NCBI RefSeq assembly: GCF_006345805.1
Contig: NC_043002.1
Coordinates: forward strand, 104,222,001 to 104,286,000
DNA from: Octopus sinensis
Taxonomy: Eukaryota
Length of the DNA: 64,000 nt
Direction of reading: 5' to 3'
Shown here in pieces: positions 50,286 through 63,583 of this stretch. Numbering within the stretch: position 1 is the first letter of the stretch; each line of letters begins with the position of its first letter. A program made the position numbers and the translations under genes. The notes beneath the pieces are model-generated. The model ran no database searches. It was not told the origin of the DNA and saw only the letters and a list, made by a program, of their open reading frames with translations.

Positions 50286-51136
50286 TCTTTATAAATATAA
50301 AACTGAGAATGTGTGTCTGTCTGTCTATCTGTCTGTTTCCCTAAAACTTGAGAACTACACAACCAATTTTATTCAAATTTTACACATGCCCTACGTAGGG
50401 TCCGGGGAGTGCCATCGGCAAAAAAAATTTAACTTTTTCCTAGGGCGAGCCCAAAGCAATATATCTTTTCCACTACGATTCCCTAAAACTTGAGAACTAC
50501 ACAACCAATTTCATTCAAAGTTTACATATGCCTTACTTAGGGCCCACGTAGTTTTATGGGCAAAAAAAAAATGTTCAACTTCTTGCCTAGAGCGAGCCCA
50601 TAGCAATGTCATATCTTCTCCACTATTTCAGTATTACGTGTTAAAAGTGAAACAAAAATATTTCTCTATTTTATGTCAGATGCTTTCACTTTAACAATAA
50701 AAATAATAATAACAATTGAATTATATGTAGTAAGTAATAATTAAAATCAGACTAAAGTATAATATAATCGTAACATACAAAAGTAAAAATAGCAATTGGT
50801 ATAAAATTGTATCAATGATTTGAACTTGAATAAGTGGTTTCACATGAATGGGAATAAATTAAAAATAAAATTAGCGTGCAGAAATGCAATAGTCCAGATG
50901 GATAATAAAAAATTAAATTAAATAAAGAAAAGACTGTTATATATTTTGTTATATATTCCAGTCTGTTATATATTTTGAGTATTGTTATCACTAGCGATAT
51001 CAAGATATAACTTTGTATTTTGCATTTTATGTGTAGATGTATATATATAGATGTACATGTAATATGTACACATATATATACACATATATACATGCACTAG
51101 CACTATAACCCGGCAACGACGGGTCTTTAATGCTAG
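50286..51136 (+). mobile_element. Non-autonomous Helitron, copy B
   Basis: a|TCtttataaatataaaactgag ... cccggcaacgacggg..CTAG|t; internal ~142-bp tandem duplication (50337, 50479). Confidence 0.93.
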
Positions 51137-51461
51137 TATGCAATATAATTAAATAGATACGAGCGTACATACATGCATATTTATATAAATATAAACGTAT
51201 ATTTTGCCAATACAGAATCTTAATTTCTCAATAATTTTTGGAAATATCTTAGAACATATTCTAGTTTCAATTACTGGGAAAATAACTTCTTACTATATAT
51301 ATAAACCAACCCAGCAAAACTGAAAACTAAAAATGGGAATGATTGAGTGAGAGAAAGAATGATTAAGGGAGTGTGTGAGAGTAAGATGAAGGATTGTAAA
51401 GAGGAACAAAGAAAGACAGACACACACACGTAAACACTGCGAGAGAGGGACTGCTTGTGTG

Positions 51462-51532
<71 letters not shown>

Positions 51533-53439
51533 GTGTGTGTAGATAAAGGGGAATATTATAGAGAAAACGTGCAGAGAGATAATGTAAGAGATGGATTCTG
51601 CAATATAAGACGAAAGCAAAGCAGCGAGACTTATTTCGGTGCGGACGGGGATTGATGACAATTTTGATAGACGAAGCTCCTTCAACGGTGTTTCTTGCAG
51701 CGGATGGTACACTTAGTACAAACTTAGCACTTGAGGCCAATGATTTGTACACGAACGGAAACCGTTTGGCAAAAAGATTTATCGAAATATGATTAAACAG
51801 AGAGATCAGCTGGGATATTTCTCACACTTGATAAGGTCGCGTTACAACTTCTCAAAAAGTCTGAGAGTAAGAAGAAAATACAACATAGAGCAGTCAGTTA
51901 AGTTTCAATCACAGAATTACCCTTGATAATAACACAAACGTATACGTATATAAAAATATATAAAACTCGTATATATATATATACATACTTATTTATGTAC
52001 GTGAACCCCAAAATATAATATGTAACATCTATCTGTCTATCTGTCTATCTATGTGTTCGTGTGTAAGTGCTTGCCTGTAGGTGTGTGTGTTTTGTGTCAG
52101 TGTGTGTATACAAGATTTCGAAGTTTCCTCACATGAGACAACATATTATATGCACTCACAACCAACATATAACGTTTTCAAGGAAGTATATCCTTCAGAC
52201 GAAATTTACCTACGGTTCCAAATACACTATAAGAGCAGTACACAAACACACACACACTCACTCACACGCACGAACACATATATATTTATATGTGTTCAAA
52301 TATAGTTACATTGAGATACACATGCATATATATTCAAATGTATTTATACATTCACACGTATGAATGTTTTCTGTGTGCGTGCGTGTGTGGTTGTGTGATT
52401 AGAATATGTTAAGGGTTAAGTTTCTACGTTTATTCATTTCATCTCACGGGTGTTTCATTTTCAATAACTATTTTATACAGAAATGTATACATCATCCAAT
52501 TATCAGAGATTGCATAACTAACATCAATAAAATTTAAGTTAAATAATGGACATCTGTCACCGCTATAAAAAGAAGTGATAAGAATGCGAGGAGAATGATC
52601 ATGCAGAAATATGGTAGTGGGAAATTGGATTACAAAATTAGCATAAACTTTTGTTTATTGTCATAAAACCAAACTGAAGGGATAAATTCATCGTATCGTG
52701 TGTATTTTAGGAAGTTACAATTTTTTTTAGTAGTTTCGAAAACTGGTCAGTAAACATACTTTCACGTTAAAATATGAAAATCATGGTGGACTGGATGCGA
52801 TGTTGATGTAAGCAATACTTTTCGAAATACAGAAGCGCTTTTGCGCTATAGGTTTTCATTATGCTTGCATTATGAAGTTTCCTGTATAAACGTCGGATGT
52901 CGATTGTGTGTCGGTGTGTGCTTCTGTATATTGGGAAAGGAAGATTAGCTCGAAAATTATTAGAGAAATTTATAAGAAAGATATTTATTGGGAAATATGG
53001 GATATTAAAAAAATACCAGAAACAAATATTGAAGTATTAGGAACTCATGAGTTTGGCATGAAAATAATTTGAAAGTGCCAACGCACAAAACATTCAGCCT
53101 CTGAGTTATATACATATTATCTCCCCTTCACCGTCCCCCTCCTTCTCTCTCTCACTCTTCCTCCTTAACTTTTTCGTTGCTCACACGTGTCCTACGACTT
53201 CCCATCTTTCTTTATTCCACTTCCTTCCTAAAGACATGACGAGCTTTTACCTGTCTCTTCTCAAAGCTCGTTTTTCCAGCGTTTACCACTTCATATCATC
53301 TTGGTTTAGCAGCCCTCACCGTGTGTTTTTACTGTTTTGTTCTCACTATCCTATTTTTGTTACCACTTTAACCCTCCGCAAAACATCCCAAATTTTATTT
53401 AATTTGCATTGCTGAAAAGATTGTTTTAAGGGAGGCGCG

Positions 53440-53630
53440 TCTTGTTCCTACCTTGGTAATGCAGGTAGATAAAACAGGGGAAAACTGATGAAGGGAATAT
53501 CCTTTATGTTGCCTGTCTCGTTTATCTGTTTGTTTCTTTCGTTATTCGAAAAAAGTTCGTTTTGTGTTTTTGATTTTTATGTTCTCGTTTCCATTTTGTT
53601 TACATGTTTTTGATGTCCTGTACCCATATA
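53440..53630 (+). repeat. Interspersed repeat related to 8430-8580
   Basis: aaacaggggaaaactgatgaagggaatat..tgtacccatatatgcatg. Confidence 0.6.
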
Positions 53631-53924
53631 TGCATGTATATATACATATATATAAGTAGGTATGTACATGTATGTGTATGTATAAATGCATATATTTATA
53701 TATTATATATATTATATATATACATGTAGATACATATACATGCATACATACATAATTCGTACATATAAGCGTGTGTGTGTGTATAAACATACATATTTAT
53801 ATATATAAATGTGAAATAGTGCAGTGGTGTTTGTTTTTTGTTTTTTTATTTTTCTTAGGTGGGGAAATATTAAGAACTGACCAAAGATGTAAATTAGACG
53901 AATGAAGAAATTGCTTTGACAATC

Positions 53925-54101
53925 TTTTTACTCTTTTACTTGTTTCAGTCATGTGACTGTGGCCATGCTGGAGCACCACCTTTAGTCGAGGAAATCGACC
54001 CCAGGACTTATTCTATCGGTCTCTTTTGGCAAACCGCTAAATTACTGGGACGTAAACACACCAGTATCGGTTGTCAAGTGATGTCGGGGGGACAAACACA
54101 A

Positions 54102-54159
<58 letters not shown>

Positions 54160-54323
54160 GACGGGCTTCTTTCAGTTTCCGTCTACCAAATCCACTCACA
54201 AGGCATTGGTCGGCCCGAGAGTATAGTTGAAGACACTTGCCCAAGGTGCCACGCAGTGGGATTGAACCCGGAACCATGTGGTTCGTAAGCAAGCTACTTA
54301 CCACACGGCCACTCCTACGCCTA
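53925..54323 (-). mobile_element. SINE S2, full length
   Basis: Minus-strand head aggcgtaggagtggccgtgtggtaag (A box) ..gggttcaatccc (B box), internal (TA)n(TG)n, tail gaaacaagtaaaagagtaaaa. Confidence 0.93.
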
Positions 54324-55416
54324 TGCAATCATTTTGAAATTTCATCTGTAATACTAAAACTATGTTATATTATACATGGTTGTATTTGATATTCTAAATG
54401 AACAGTAGCCGTAAGTTTATAGCATTCTAATTTCGATAAAACTTACACATGTCAGAAAAAAACTCCCTAACGCATGGAATTTCTCCTTGTTAAAGTCCTT
54501 ACATTGCCTATATATATAGCACTTAATTATTTGGAACATCAAGCACCATCTCATCACCTATTTCATACAAACACCTTATTGATTCATTCCCAATAAATCA
54601 AATGTTGACATTTGATAGCTACTCATAAAACCAACCTATATTTATTAACTCACTTAAATGTTGTAATGAAATGACAGGTGATAATCAATTCCTGCGCTTT
54701 ATCCGTTTTATTTCATACATCATAATTTTCCAGAAGCTAGTATAACAGATTTTGTTTGTGTTTTACTAAAACCAATATTATCCTCTTCTGATATTCCCAC
54801 AAAACATTCATGTTGTCCTTCGTAAATTAGCCACGTCGTTAGAGCTGTGAATACAACACCTCACAATAATCGTTACGACTCTGTATCAATCGAAGAAACA
54901 CCAGCCGGTTGGGCGACAGGCTTTGTAAAGTCTTGTTTTTTCAGTTAGGTTTCGCAAACACAGACATGCTCATTGCTTGATGAAAATGATCGAAGGATAC
55001 GACAGTATTTATCTGAAATACAAAAAGTACAACAATGCTCATCTGAATACGACAATTCATAATCTAACTAAAAGATAAAAACGCATATAAAATGAACTGT
55101 AGGTAATGAAAGAGCGATAAGGAATGCGAAATTTTGGCTCACCCTTATTCCTGCAATATGGCAACTTCTTGCATCAGTCTCATAGAGGTTTATGGTCTGA
55201 AGAAATTGTTCTGAACACTTGTCAAGTTCTTATATAATGTTGGCAACGAGTTAATGTCCACCAAATATTAATAATAACTCTTTCCAAGCAATAAATAATA
55301 ACACAAAATAACTCTTTAGAAGCAGTAGTTGAAACAAACGTATAGAAAATGAGTGACATATTCACTTTCCTTTATACGCATGAAATACTCTGAGAATATA
55401 TATATATATATATATA

Positions 55417-55469
<53 letters not shown>

Positions 55470-55473
<4 letters not shown>

Positions 55474-55547
55474 AGAGTTAACGAAAAGAGCAACAAAATA
55501 CAAAGACAGATGGTGTACAAAACAAACAGATGTATTAGTATAATACG
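55470..55547 (-). repeat. 3' tail of repeat H1
   Basis: Reverse complement of aatacatctgtttgttttgtacacca.ctgtctt..aactctcc|tata. Confidence 0.75.
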
Positions 55548-55552
55548 TACAT

Positions 55553-55586
<34 letters not shown>

Positions 55587-55699
55587 TATATATAATATAT
55601 ATATATATTATATATATATATTATATATATATATGTATATATATATATGTGTATATATATAATATATATTATATATATATATATGTATATATATGTATA

Positions 55700-55800
<101 letters not shown>

Positions 55801-55934
55801 GGGCTAAAAACCACTATGTGGACAGCCATATGCTAGATGTAGATCACATGCGATCAAACTACAAAGAAATTAATATTCAGTTTATCTCACTCATTATTTA
55901 AATATATGTATATATATATACATATATATATGTT

Positions 55935-55965
<31 letters not shown>

Positions 55966-56456
55966 GTAGAGACATGTGTGTTTATGTATGTATATAGGTA
56001 TATATATATTTATACACATATGTGTATACATATATATATATGTATATCTGTATGTAAGTATGAATGTATATATATATATATATATATATTATATATTTTT
56101 TTTTACACATATGTTATATATATAATTTTTTAAATTCTAAGAGTTGCTCCATAAATAATCATCCATGTAATGTTTCCAGTTTACTTGTAATTATTTTTGG
56201 AAGCTGCCTTCAAATTTCAGTCCAACGTGCTCGTATATTTGGACTTCCAATTATGCCAGGGCAAAGTTAGCAAAAGTTAGGTCTTTTTTCGCTAACCTTG
56301 TCATGGCAAAAACTATTGACTTCCAAGAATTACGAAAGACAAGAAAAACCCATGACACACTTAAAACGTCTTACGTATCAACACACAATCGAGTGACATG
56401 TAAGCTTAGGTCATCAACCAAAACATGAACGACCTACCTAAGCAAACTACTAGACC

Positions 56457-56689
56457 TATTTCTTTATTACCCACAAGGGGCTGAACATAGAGGAGACAAA
56501 CATGGACAGACATAGGTATTAAGTCGATTATATCGACCCCAGTGCTTAACTGGTACTTAATTTATCGACCCCGAAATTATGAAAGGCAAAGTCGACCTCG
56601 GCGGAATTTGAACTCACAACGTAACGGCAGACGAAATACCGCTAAGCATTTCGCCCGACGTGCTAACGATTCTGCTAGCTCGCCGCCTT
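56457..56689 (-). mobile_element. SINE S1, full length with 16-bp TSD
   Basis: TSD agcaaactactagacc at 56441-56456 and 56690-56705. Confidence 0.94.
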
Positions 56690-56849
56690 AGCAAACTACT
56701 AGACCGATGCTCCGCAGACATAAACCCGAAATATCAAATTTTCCCTTTCTATCAATGGACCAGAAACACTTCAACTCAATTTCTATTGATTATGAAATGC
56801 ATACTTATTGAAAACTATAAACCACAGCTAAATATTCTTTTATAACAAA

Positions 56850-57148
56850 CTAGCAGTATCGCCCGGCGTTGCTCAGGTTTGTAAAGGAAATAACTATATA
56901 AGCATTTTTAGAGAGTTACTTCCCTTAAATAATAGACAAAAAATGCTTTAGAAATGGGAAAAAATGATGGTAATTTTTTTTTTTATCGTAGACTTATCGT
57001 AGACAAGCGCTCAATACCCAGAAGGGCTCGATATGAATCACGACTATAAGATACCCGCTTTTGGTTAAACTGCAGCGCAAAATGTGGGAGTAGTTAGGAA
57101 TCTAAATCGTAGGAGACAGACACACAATTTCACTTTTATATATAAAGA
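56850..57148 (-). mobile_element. Short non-autonomous Helitron
   Basis: Minus strand a|TCtttatatataaaag ... cctgagcaacgccggg..CTAG|t. Confidence 0.88.
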
Positions 57149-57745
57149 TTAGAAAGAAGAAAAAGATACAATTTCTCCATTATAAAAAAGCAACAAGCAG
57201 ATTCAATAGACATAATTCAAAAACTTTGGTAACAGTCTTCCTCCTGGGTTCGTAAGCGCAATTCTAAATCACTATACAATAACACCATATAGCTCAAACT
57301 CTGGTTGCTGACGTCACTTCACACTAGACCAACGGGATTTTACCTCCGAACTGAAGCGAACTCTCCGGAAAGAAAAAAAAAACGAAACAAAACAAACTGA
57401 TTCCCTCAGAGAATCAAGCAACCGGAACGGTTGACGACCATTCCCTAGAGGAGGGCGGGTGTTAACCAAGCAGAACGCCGAACTTGACGAAAATAAAAAC
57501 AGGCTCATTATTAAAGACAACAAAAACTGTAAAAAAGAAAAAGATTCCTTTCTCTACTTTCAACTTTTCTTCTATCGCATTCTTGTCCTCGGATTCTATA
57601 ACTCGACATGACCCGAACATTTAAGTAATCCACATAGTTTCTTATTCTTCGCCCATCATTGTTGATATTATCTGCCCCAATCATTCAATTCTTTGATCAT
57701 TTAAAAATGTTTTCCACTAAATATATATAAATATATATAAGTATA

Positions 57746-58080
57746 TAGGCGCAGGAGTGGCTGTGTGGTAAATAGCTTGTTTACCAACCACATGGTTCCG
57801 GGTTCAGTCCCACTGCGTGGCATCTTGGGCAAGTGTATTCTGCTATAGCCCCGGGCCGACCAATGCCTTGTGAGTGGATTTGGTAGACGGAAACTGAAAG
57901 AAGCCTGTCGTATATATGTATATATGTGTGTGTGTTTGTGTTTGTCCCCCCTGGCATTGCCTGACAACCGATGCTGGTGGGTTTACGCCCCCGTAACTTA
58001 GCGGTTCGGCAAAAGAGACCGATAGAATAAGTACTGGGCTTACAAAGAATAAGTTCCGGGGTCGAAACAAGTAAAAGAGA
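57746..58080 (+). mobile_element. SINE S2
   Basis: aggcgcaggagtggctgtgtgg..gggttcagtccc..gagtggatttggtagacggaaactgaaagaagc; internal deletion near the tail. Confidence 0.93.
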
Positions 58081-58418
58081 GTATATATGTAAACGAACTA
58101 TTGCTTAGGTCGTGAGTTAAATATTAAGGAATTCAATAACGTTAAGGAAAAAAAGAAATGAAATACAAACAGTGCGTGTTCTTACTGTCACAATATTTTG
58201 GTCACCTGAGATAGAGCTATGACTATGTGTATATGTCTGTGTGTATGTGGCGTGTGTGTGTGTGTGAGTGCGTGTGTGGGTGTATGTGTGTGTGTAAGGA
58301 ATAGATAGACAAATATATATATAGATAGATAAATAAATAGATAGATAGAGAGAACAGTGTGTGAGTGTGTGTGTGTGCGAAAAAGACAGAGATAGAGTTA
58401 TAGGTAGAGAGATAGGGA

Positions 58419-58456
<38 letters not shown>

Positions 58457-58713
58457 TGATGCAAAACACCACAAATGTTATATTTTCAATGGAGATTATC
58501 TCTGAAACTTTACACACCCTCGTATACAATTACATGCGACAGCGTCTCTTTTGTGTGTCTGTGTGTGTGTGTATGTATATATATATATGTATGCATGTAT
58601 GTATGTATTATGTATGTATTAATGTATGTCTGTATTATGTATGAATGAATGTATGTATGTATATATATATAGAGAGAAGGAGAACGGGGAAAGAGGGATA
58701 TATAAATATAAAT

Positions 58714-58744
<31 letters not shown>

Positions 58745-59740
58745 CTTATACACACACACACATATGTTTCCATGTACATATACATATATATGCGTGTTGT
58801 CTTTATATAAAGGAAAACAAAATACGAAATAATTTTAGATTGAGTATTTTTATTTAATTTTCTTTCCTTTTTATTTCTTTCTTCTCTATTTCGTTTACAA
58901 ATCACACTGTCGGTGGCAATATTTTAAATTGAAAACTTCACAAAAACCGCAAGCCATCAAGGCTGTTCTCAACAGAATATTTCATTGACGCAGACGATAA
59001 GCAGACGTCTATGTGTTTTTCCTGTTCAAAGTATTACTACAACTTTAGTTAAATCGAGACGGGTCATCCATTGAAAACATTCAGATCTCTTGTGAAATTA
59101 AAATTCAGTCAGATTTTAATAATAATGCAAATGAGAATCTTCACTAGCATCTCATAAATACATTCTTGCTTTCTTTCTTTTTCGTTTTGTTCGTAGCTCC
59201 TAATATTTACCGGATTTGTGACGTCATCTTTCTTCAACAGCTGCCTTCGCTTTACAAGAATCTGACAATTTCTTTTAATGCTGTCCGACTTCATACGACA
59301 GGTTGACCTTATCACATTTCTTAGAGACATCATTTTATTTGCTGACGCGTCAGTTTTTATACTGGCACACACATACACACACACAAACTCACACTCAAGC
59401 ATATAAATAGACATATGCATCTGAATATAAGTGTGTGGATGTATATGCATGTTTGTAGCTGTGTGTGTGTGTGTGCATGTGTGTGTGCATATGCACAATG
59501 TCCAGTGGCATGTATTTGGATAAAATCAGGTATGGCTCAGAATAGAAATTTATCGTTTAATTGGACACATGGAAATTAAGCAAGGCGGTAGTGGAATACA
59601 CATAAAGCATACATACATACATACACGCGCGCGCACACACATATTAAACTGAGGAAGGTTTATGTAATAAACTGATTTGGTGTTATATATTACGGAGAAC
59701 AGAAAAGTGCGTATTGAATTATTCCATGATCAAAACTCAC

Positions 59741-59743
59741 ATA

Positions 59744-59793
<50 letters not shown>

Positions 59794-59993
59794 CACGTCA
59801 TGATAGATCGTTAGCCACTACACACTTTTTTCTCTCCTTGTTTTTTCTGTGTCCCTTTCTGTAAAAGAGCGTAGACTCGAATCGTAAAAGACTTTTTCTA
59901 TTCCTGAGCGTTATGCTTATACATCTGTTTGTTTTGTACACCACCTGTCTTCGTCTTTTAATTTTTTTTTTCCGTAAACTCTCCCTATATATA

Positions 59994-60043
<50 letters not shown>

Positions 60044-60232
60044 CACGTCATGATAGATCGTTAGCCACTACACACTTTTTTCTCTCCTTGTTTTTTCTGT
60101 GTCCCTTTCTGTAAAAGAGCGTAGACTCGAATCGTAAAAGACTTTTTCTATTCCTGAGCGTTATGCTTATACATCTGTTTGTTTTGTACACCACCTGTCT
60201 TCGTCTTTTAATTTTTTTTTTCCGTAAACTCT

Positions 60233-60240
<8 letters not shown>
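59741..60240 (+). repeat. Exact 250-bp tandem duplication containing repeat H1
   Basis: 59741-59990 equals 59991-60240 including TA tract length; each holds a mutated hammerhead-like motif (CTGTAAA..GAATCGTA). Confidence 0.93.
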
Positions 60241-60293
<53 letters not shown>

Positions 60294-60939
60294 ATAATAT
60301 ATATCTATATCTATCTATCTATCTATATATATATATATTTATATATATATATATAATATATATGTGTGTGTGTATGTATATATATGTTTGTGAGAGCTTG
60401 TTTCTGTGAGTGTATGTGTGTACGCATCCGTGTATGTGTGTGTGGGGGGGCGTCTGTATATGAGTGTGTAACAATCTCTCCAACAAATTTAGTCCAAAGA
60501 CGCTGTCGATAGGCGAATTACTGCAGTATCTGTCTGTTATGTCATTGCAGCGTTAAAAACATAAATATCGAGGAAAAAAATATTCTTTTCAGCATCGGTC
60601 AATGAGAGCGCCTGCTGCGATTCGGCCTAATTGGACCTATTCAGTGGTGCTCACATATTTCAGTATTATTCAACCTCTTCATTGAATCATAGATTAACCA
60701 TGCGTCGAAAATCTGAAGTGACTTCCTTGGTGTAAACTATTACTGTTGGTAAGTAGAGAGGCCGCATATGACTGGAAGAAACCTACGTAGACGACTCATG
60801 CATGACTGTGTGTTGCACTGTCTGCTGCTAGCATATGCGGAATAGTAAGACAGAATATTTTAATTATTGCATAACCATAACAAAAATTTTGGAGTTGTCA
60901 AATATACTGTTTATGCGTGTTCCGAGAAGATAATCTGCA

Positions 60940-60940
<1 letters not shown>

Positions 60941-61009
<69 letters not shown>

Positions 61010-61054
61010 CTATCTATCTATCTATCTATCTATTTATCTATCTATCTATCTACC

Positions 61055-61055
<1 letters not shown>
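60941..61055. repeat. (CTAT)n microsatellite
   Basis: Direct reading. Confidence 0.97.
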
Positions 61056-61098
<43 letters not shown>

Positions 61099-61134
61099 AT
61101 ATATATATATTATATATGTATGTATGTATGTATG

Positions 61135-61168
<34 letters not shown>

Positions 61169-61209
61169 ATATATATATGTGTGTGTGCGTGTGTGTGTGT
61201 ATGTATGTA

Positions 61210-61246
<37 letters not shown>

Positions 61247-61662
61247 TACTTATCAAAGGTTTGAGGTAAAAACTCAATAAGGAAATTTTGAAGTGAAATT
61301 CTTTCACTTTCGTTTTCAAAATACTCTATTTTCTACGAATAAATCATGAATTAATCCGTCTGTCAATTTCTGAGTGTAAGTTTGTCCTCAGATAAAAACT
61401 CGTCTTCTTCCGCAATTTTTTTTTTCTTTATCAATACTTAATACTGAAACACAGATGAAATGAATGTGCCACTGCTTCTGTTACACCATACACGTGATGA
61501 CTATTCGTAAACAAATATATTTTATTAGTTTTTTAACGATTCAATTAGCAACTAAATACAAATCCTACATCAACACTTTTACTGTTCCCTATTCGGATTT
61601 TTTTCAACGTGTTAAAATGGTATCGGCCCTACTATACTAGTCGTATTAATGACAATGAAGGG

Positions 61663-62343
61663 AACTTTAATATTTGTCTTGTGGAAATTGTTATCCGAAC
61701 CTCTTTCTGTTCATGCTTTCCAATTTTAAAATCGGGGTATAAAAGTTCTTGACAACTATTGCTGGGGTATTTTTTTCCCTTGAGGTATGAACTTGGCTCT
61801 AAGCACTAAAATGTTACACTAATCCTTGAGAGACATATATAACTGCGTCAAACCTTGTCTTCTGATATAGCTTCGGAGCCGAAGACTTATGAATGGGGCT
61901 GGTTGATGGAAACTGAAAGAATCCCGTATATATATACATATATGTATATGTGTGTGGGTGTATCTGTCTGTCTGTCTTTGACCTCCACCACGGCTTGATG
62001 ACCAGTGTTGGTGTGTTTCCGTCCCCGTCTCCGGCAAAAGGAAACGATGGCTAAATATTAGGCTTTAAAAATGTAAGTACTGACGTGAATTCATTCGAGT
62101 AAATTTTCTTGAAGGCGGTGCCCCAGCATGGACTCAGATTAAGGATTCAAAAAAGCGAAAGATAAACCATAAAGGATATTATTTAATGAAATATTCACGG
62201 AAGAAAATGAAGAACCCGACAGAAAGGAGATATTTTTGCAATTTTGGATTGCTAAATCTTCACTTTGTGTCAATTGTGGCAGACGGTTATTTCATAAACG
62301 AAAATATAAGCACACACGTGCACACGCTCTTGCGCATATATAT

Positions 62344-62385
<42 letters not shown>

Positions 62386-62575
62386 GTGAAATAGAAATAA
62401 TAATCTTGTTGCAGATTAATCAAAAGTTTAACCGATACCTTGGTAGCAAAAATCACACCAGAAAAAAATACCCCAGCAATAGTTGTCAAGAACTTTTATA
62501 CCCCGATTTTAAAATTGGAAAGCATGAACAGAAAGAGGTTCGGATAACAATTTCCACAAGACAAAAATTAAAGTT
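61663..62575. repeat. 115-bp inverted repeat pair (61663-61777 / 62461-62575), one mismatch
   Basis: aactttaatatttgtcttgtgg..ggggtatttttttc versus gaaaaaaatacccc..ccacaagacaaaaattaaagtt. Confidence 0.94.
61840..62165 (+). mobile_element. SINE S2, degenerate
   Basis: tatagcttcggagccga..ggaaactgaaagaatcccgt..aaggcggtgccccagcatgg. Confidence 0.75.
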
Positions 62576-62796
62576 TGGCCATGGGCTCTTAGGAGCCTAG
62601 TTCGATTTGTTTTGCTCCGCCTCTATTCTGTTTTTGTTTTTTCCAACGGATTTCCTATTTCTTCCTAAAGAGAAAGACACAATATGGTCTCATTATTCAA
62701 TCGGAATTTGGTAAATTGTGCCTTCGAAACACGTGTAGAATGAAATAAAACGTTTCTGTTCAATCTTCGTTTCAACATTTCTTCATTCTATCATAT

Positions 62797-62827
<31 letters not shown>

Positions 62828-62830
<3 letters not shown>

Positions 62831-63085
62831 TGTGTGGTAAGTAGCTTGCTTATCAACCACATGGTTCTGGGTTCGGTCCCACTATCTGGAACCTTGGGCA
62901 AGTGTATTCTACTATAGCCTCGGGCCGACCAAAGCGTTGTGAGCCCGTCGTTTTTGTGTCTGTGTTTGTTCGCACAACATCGCTTGACAACTGATGCATG
63001 TATGTTTATGTCCCCGTAGCTTAGCAGTCCACTTGTTCGACTTTAAGCGGTACTCTAGCACGGCCGCAGTCAAATGTCTGTAACA
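62828..63085 (+). mobile_element. SINE S2 with internal deletions
   Basis: gtgtggtaagtagcttgcttatcaaccacatggttctgggttcggtccc..ctatagcctcgggccgaccaaagc. Confidence 0.88.
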
Positions 63086-63311
63086 AACAATGAAATAACA
63101 TATGTGTGTGTGTTTGTGTGTGTGTAGGAAAAATTGAAAATGGAGACACACGTTCAAGATGTTATTAAATAATTTATATCTTCATATCATCAACATATGT
63201 TTCGATAGATGCATTCAAAATAAATCCGACAGGATAAATGATATAAACAGGATATAAACAGCAGTGTGCATCGAATAGATATTTTAACAGGTGTATGATG
63301 CTCGGATATTT

Positions 63312-63355
<44 letters not shown>

Positions 63356-63377
63356 AATATTACGATGTACTTATATA

Positions 63378-63583
63378 GCAAGTGACCTAATCTGAGATCG
63401 TCTGCTGGAACGAAAACAATTGCAGCGTGGAAGATGTTTATAAGCCATTTAAGAACATACAGAATTTTGTCAGTGAACAGGTCGCGGTCTCAAAGAGACG
63501 AAACTATTTTGATAAATTTTATTAAATGATGAAGTGAATCTAACGGTTTTGTGTGTTTCTTAAACACCTTCCACGCTGCAATT
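63378..63583. mobile_element. Palindromic element enclosing a hammerhead-like motif
   Basis: aattgcagcgtggaagatgttta (63418-63440) / taaacaccttccacgctgcaatt (63561-63583), 22/23 match; inner tttaagaacatacagaa / ttttgtgtgtttcttaaa; left boundary approximate. Confidence 0.82.
63463..63519 (+). ncRNA. Minimal type I hammerhead-like motif with G3-C8 core swap
   Basis: aattttgtca / GTGAACA / g-GTCGC-ggtctcaaa-GAGAC / GAAA-ctat-TT / tgataaatt. Confidence 0.6.

Noticed and set aside
51655-51792. 45-aa ORF MTILIDEAPSTV.. in unique sequence
   Set aside because: No recognisable domain, splice context or second copy.
53495-53515. CTGATGA-AGGG (and CTGAAGA-AGGG near 8540 on the minus strand) as hammerheads
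   Set aside because: No GAAA after the putative stem II and no convincing stem I or III in any permutation.
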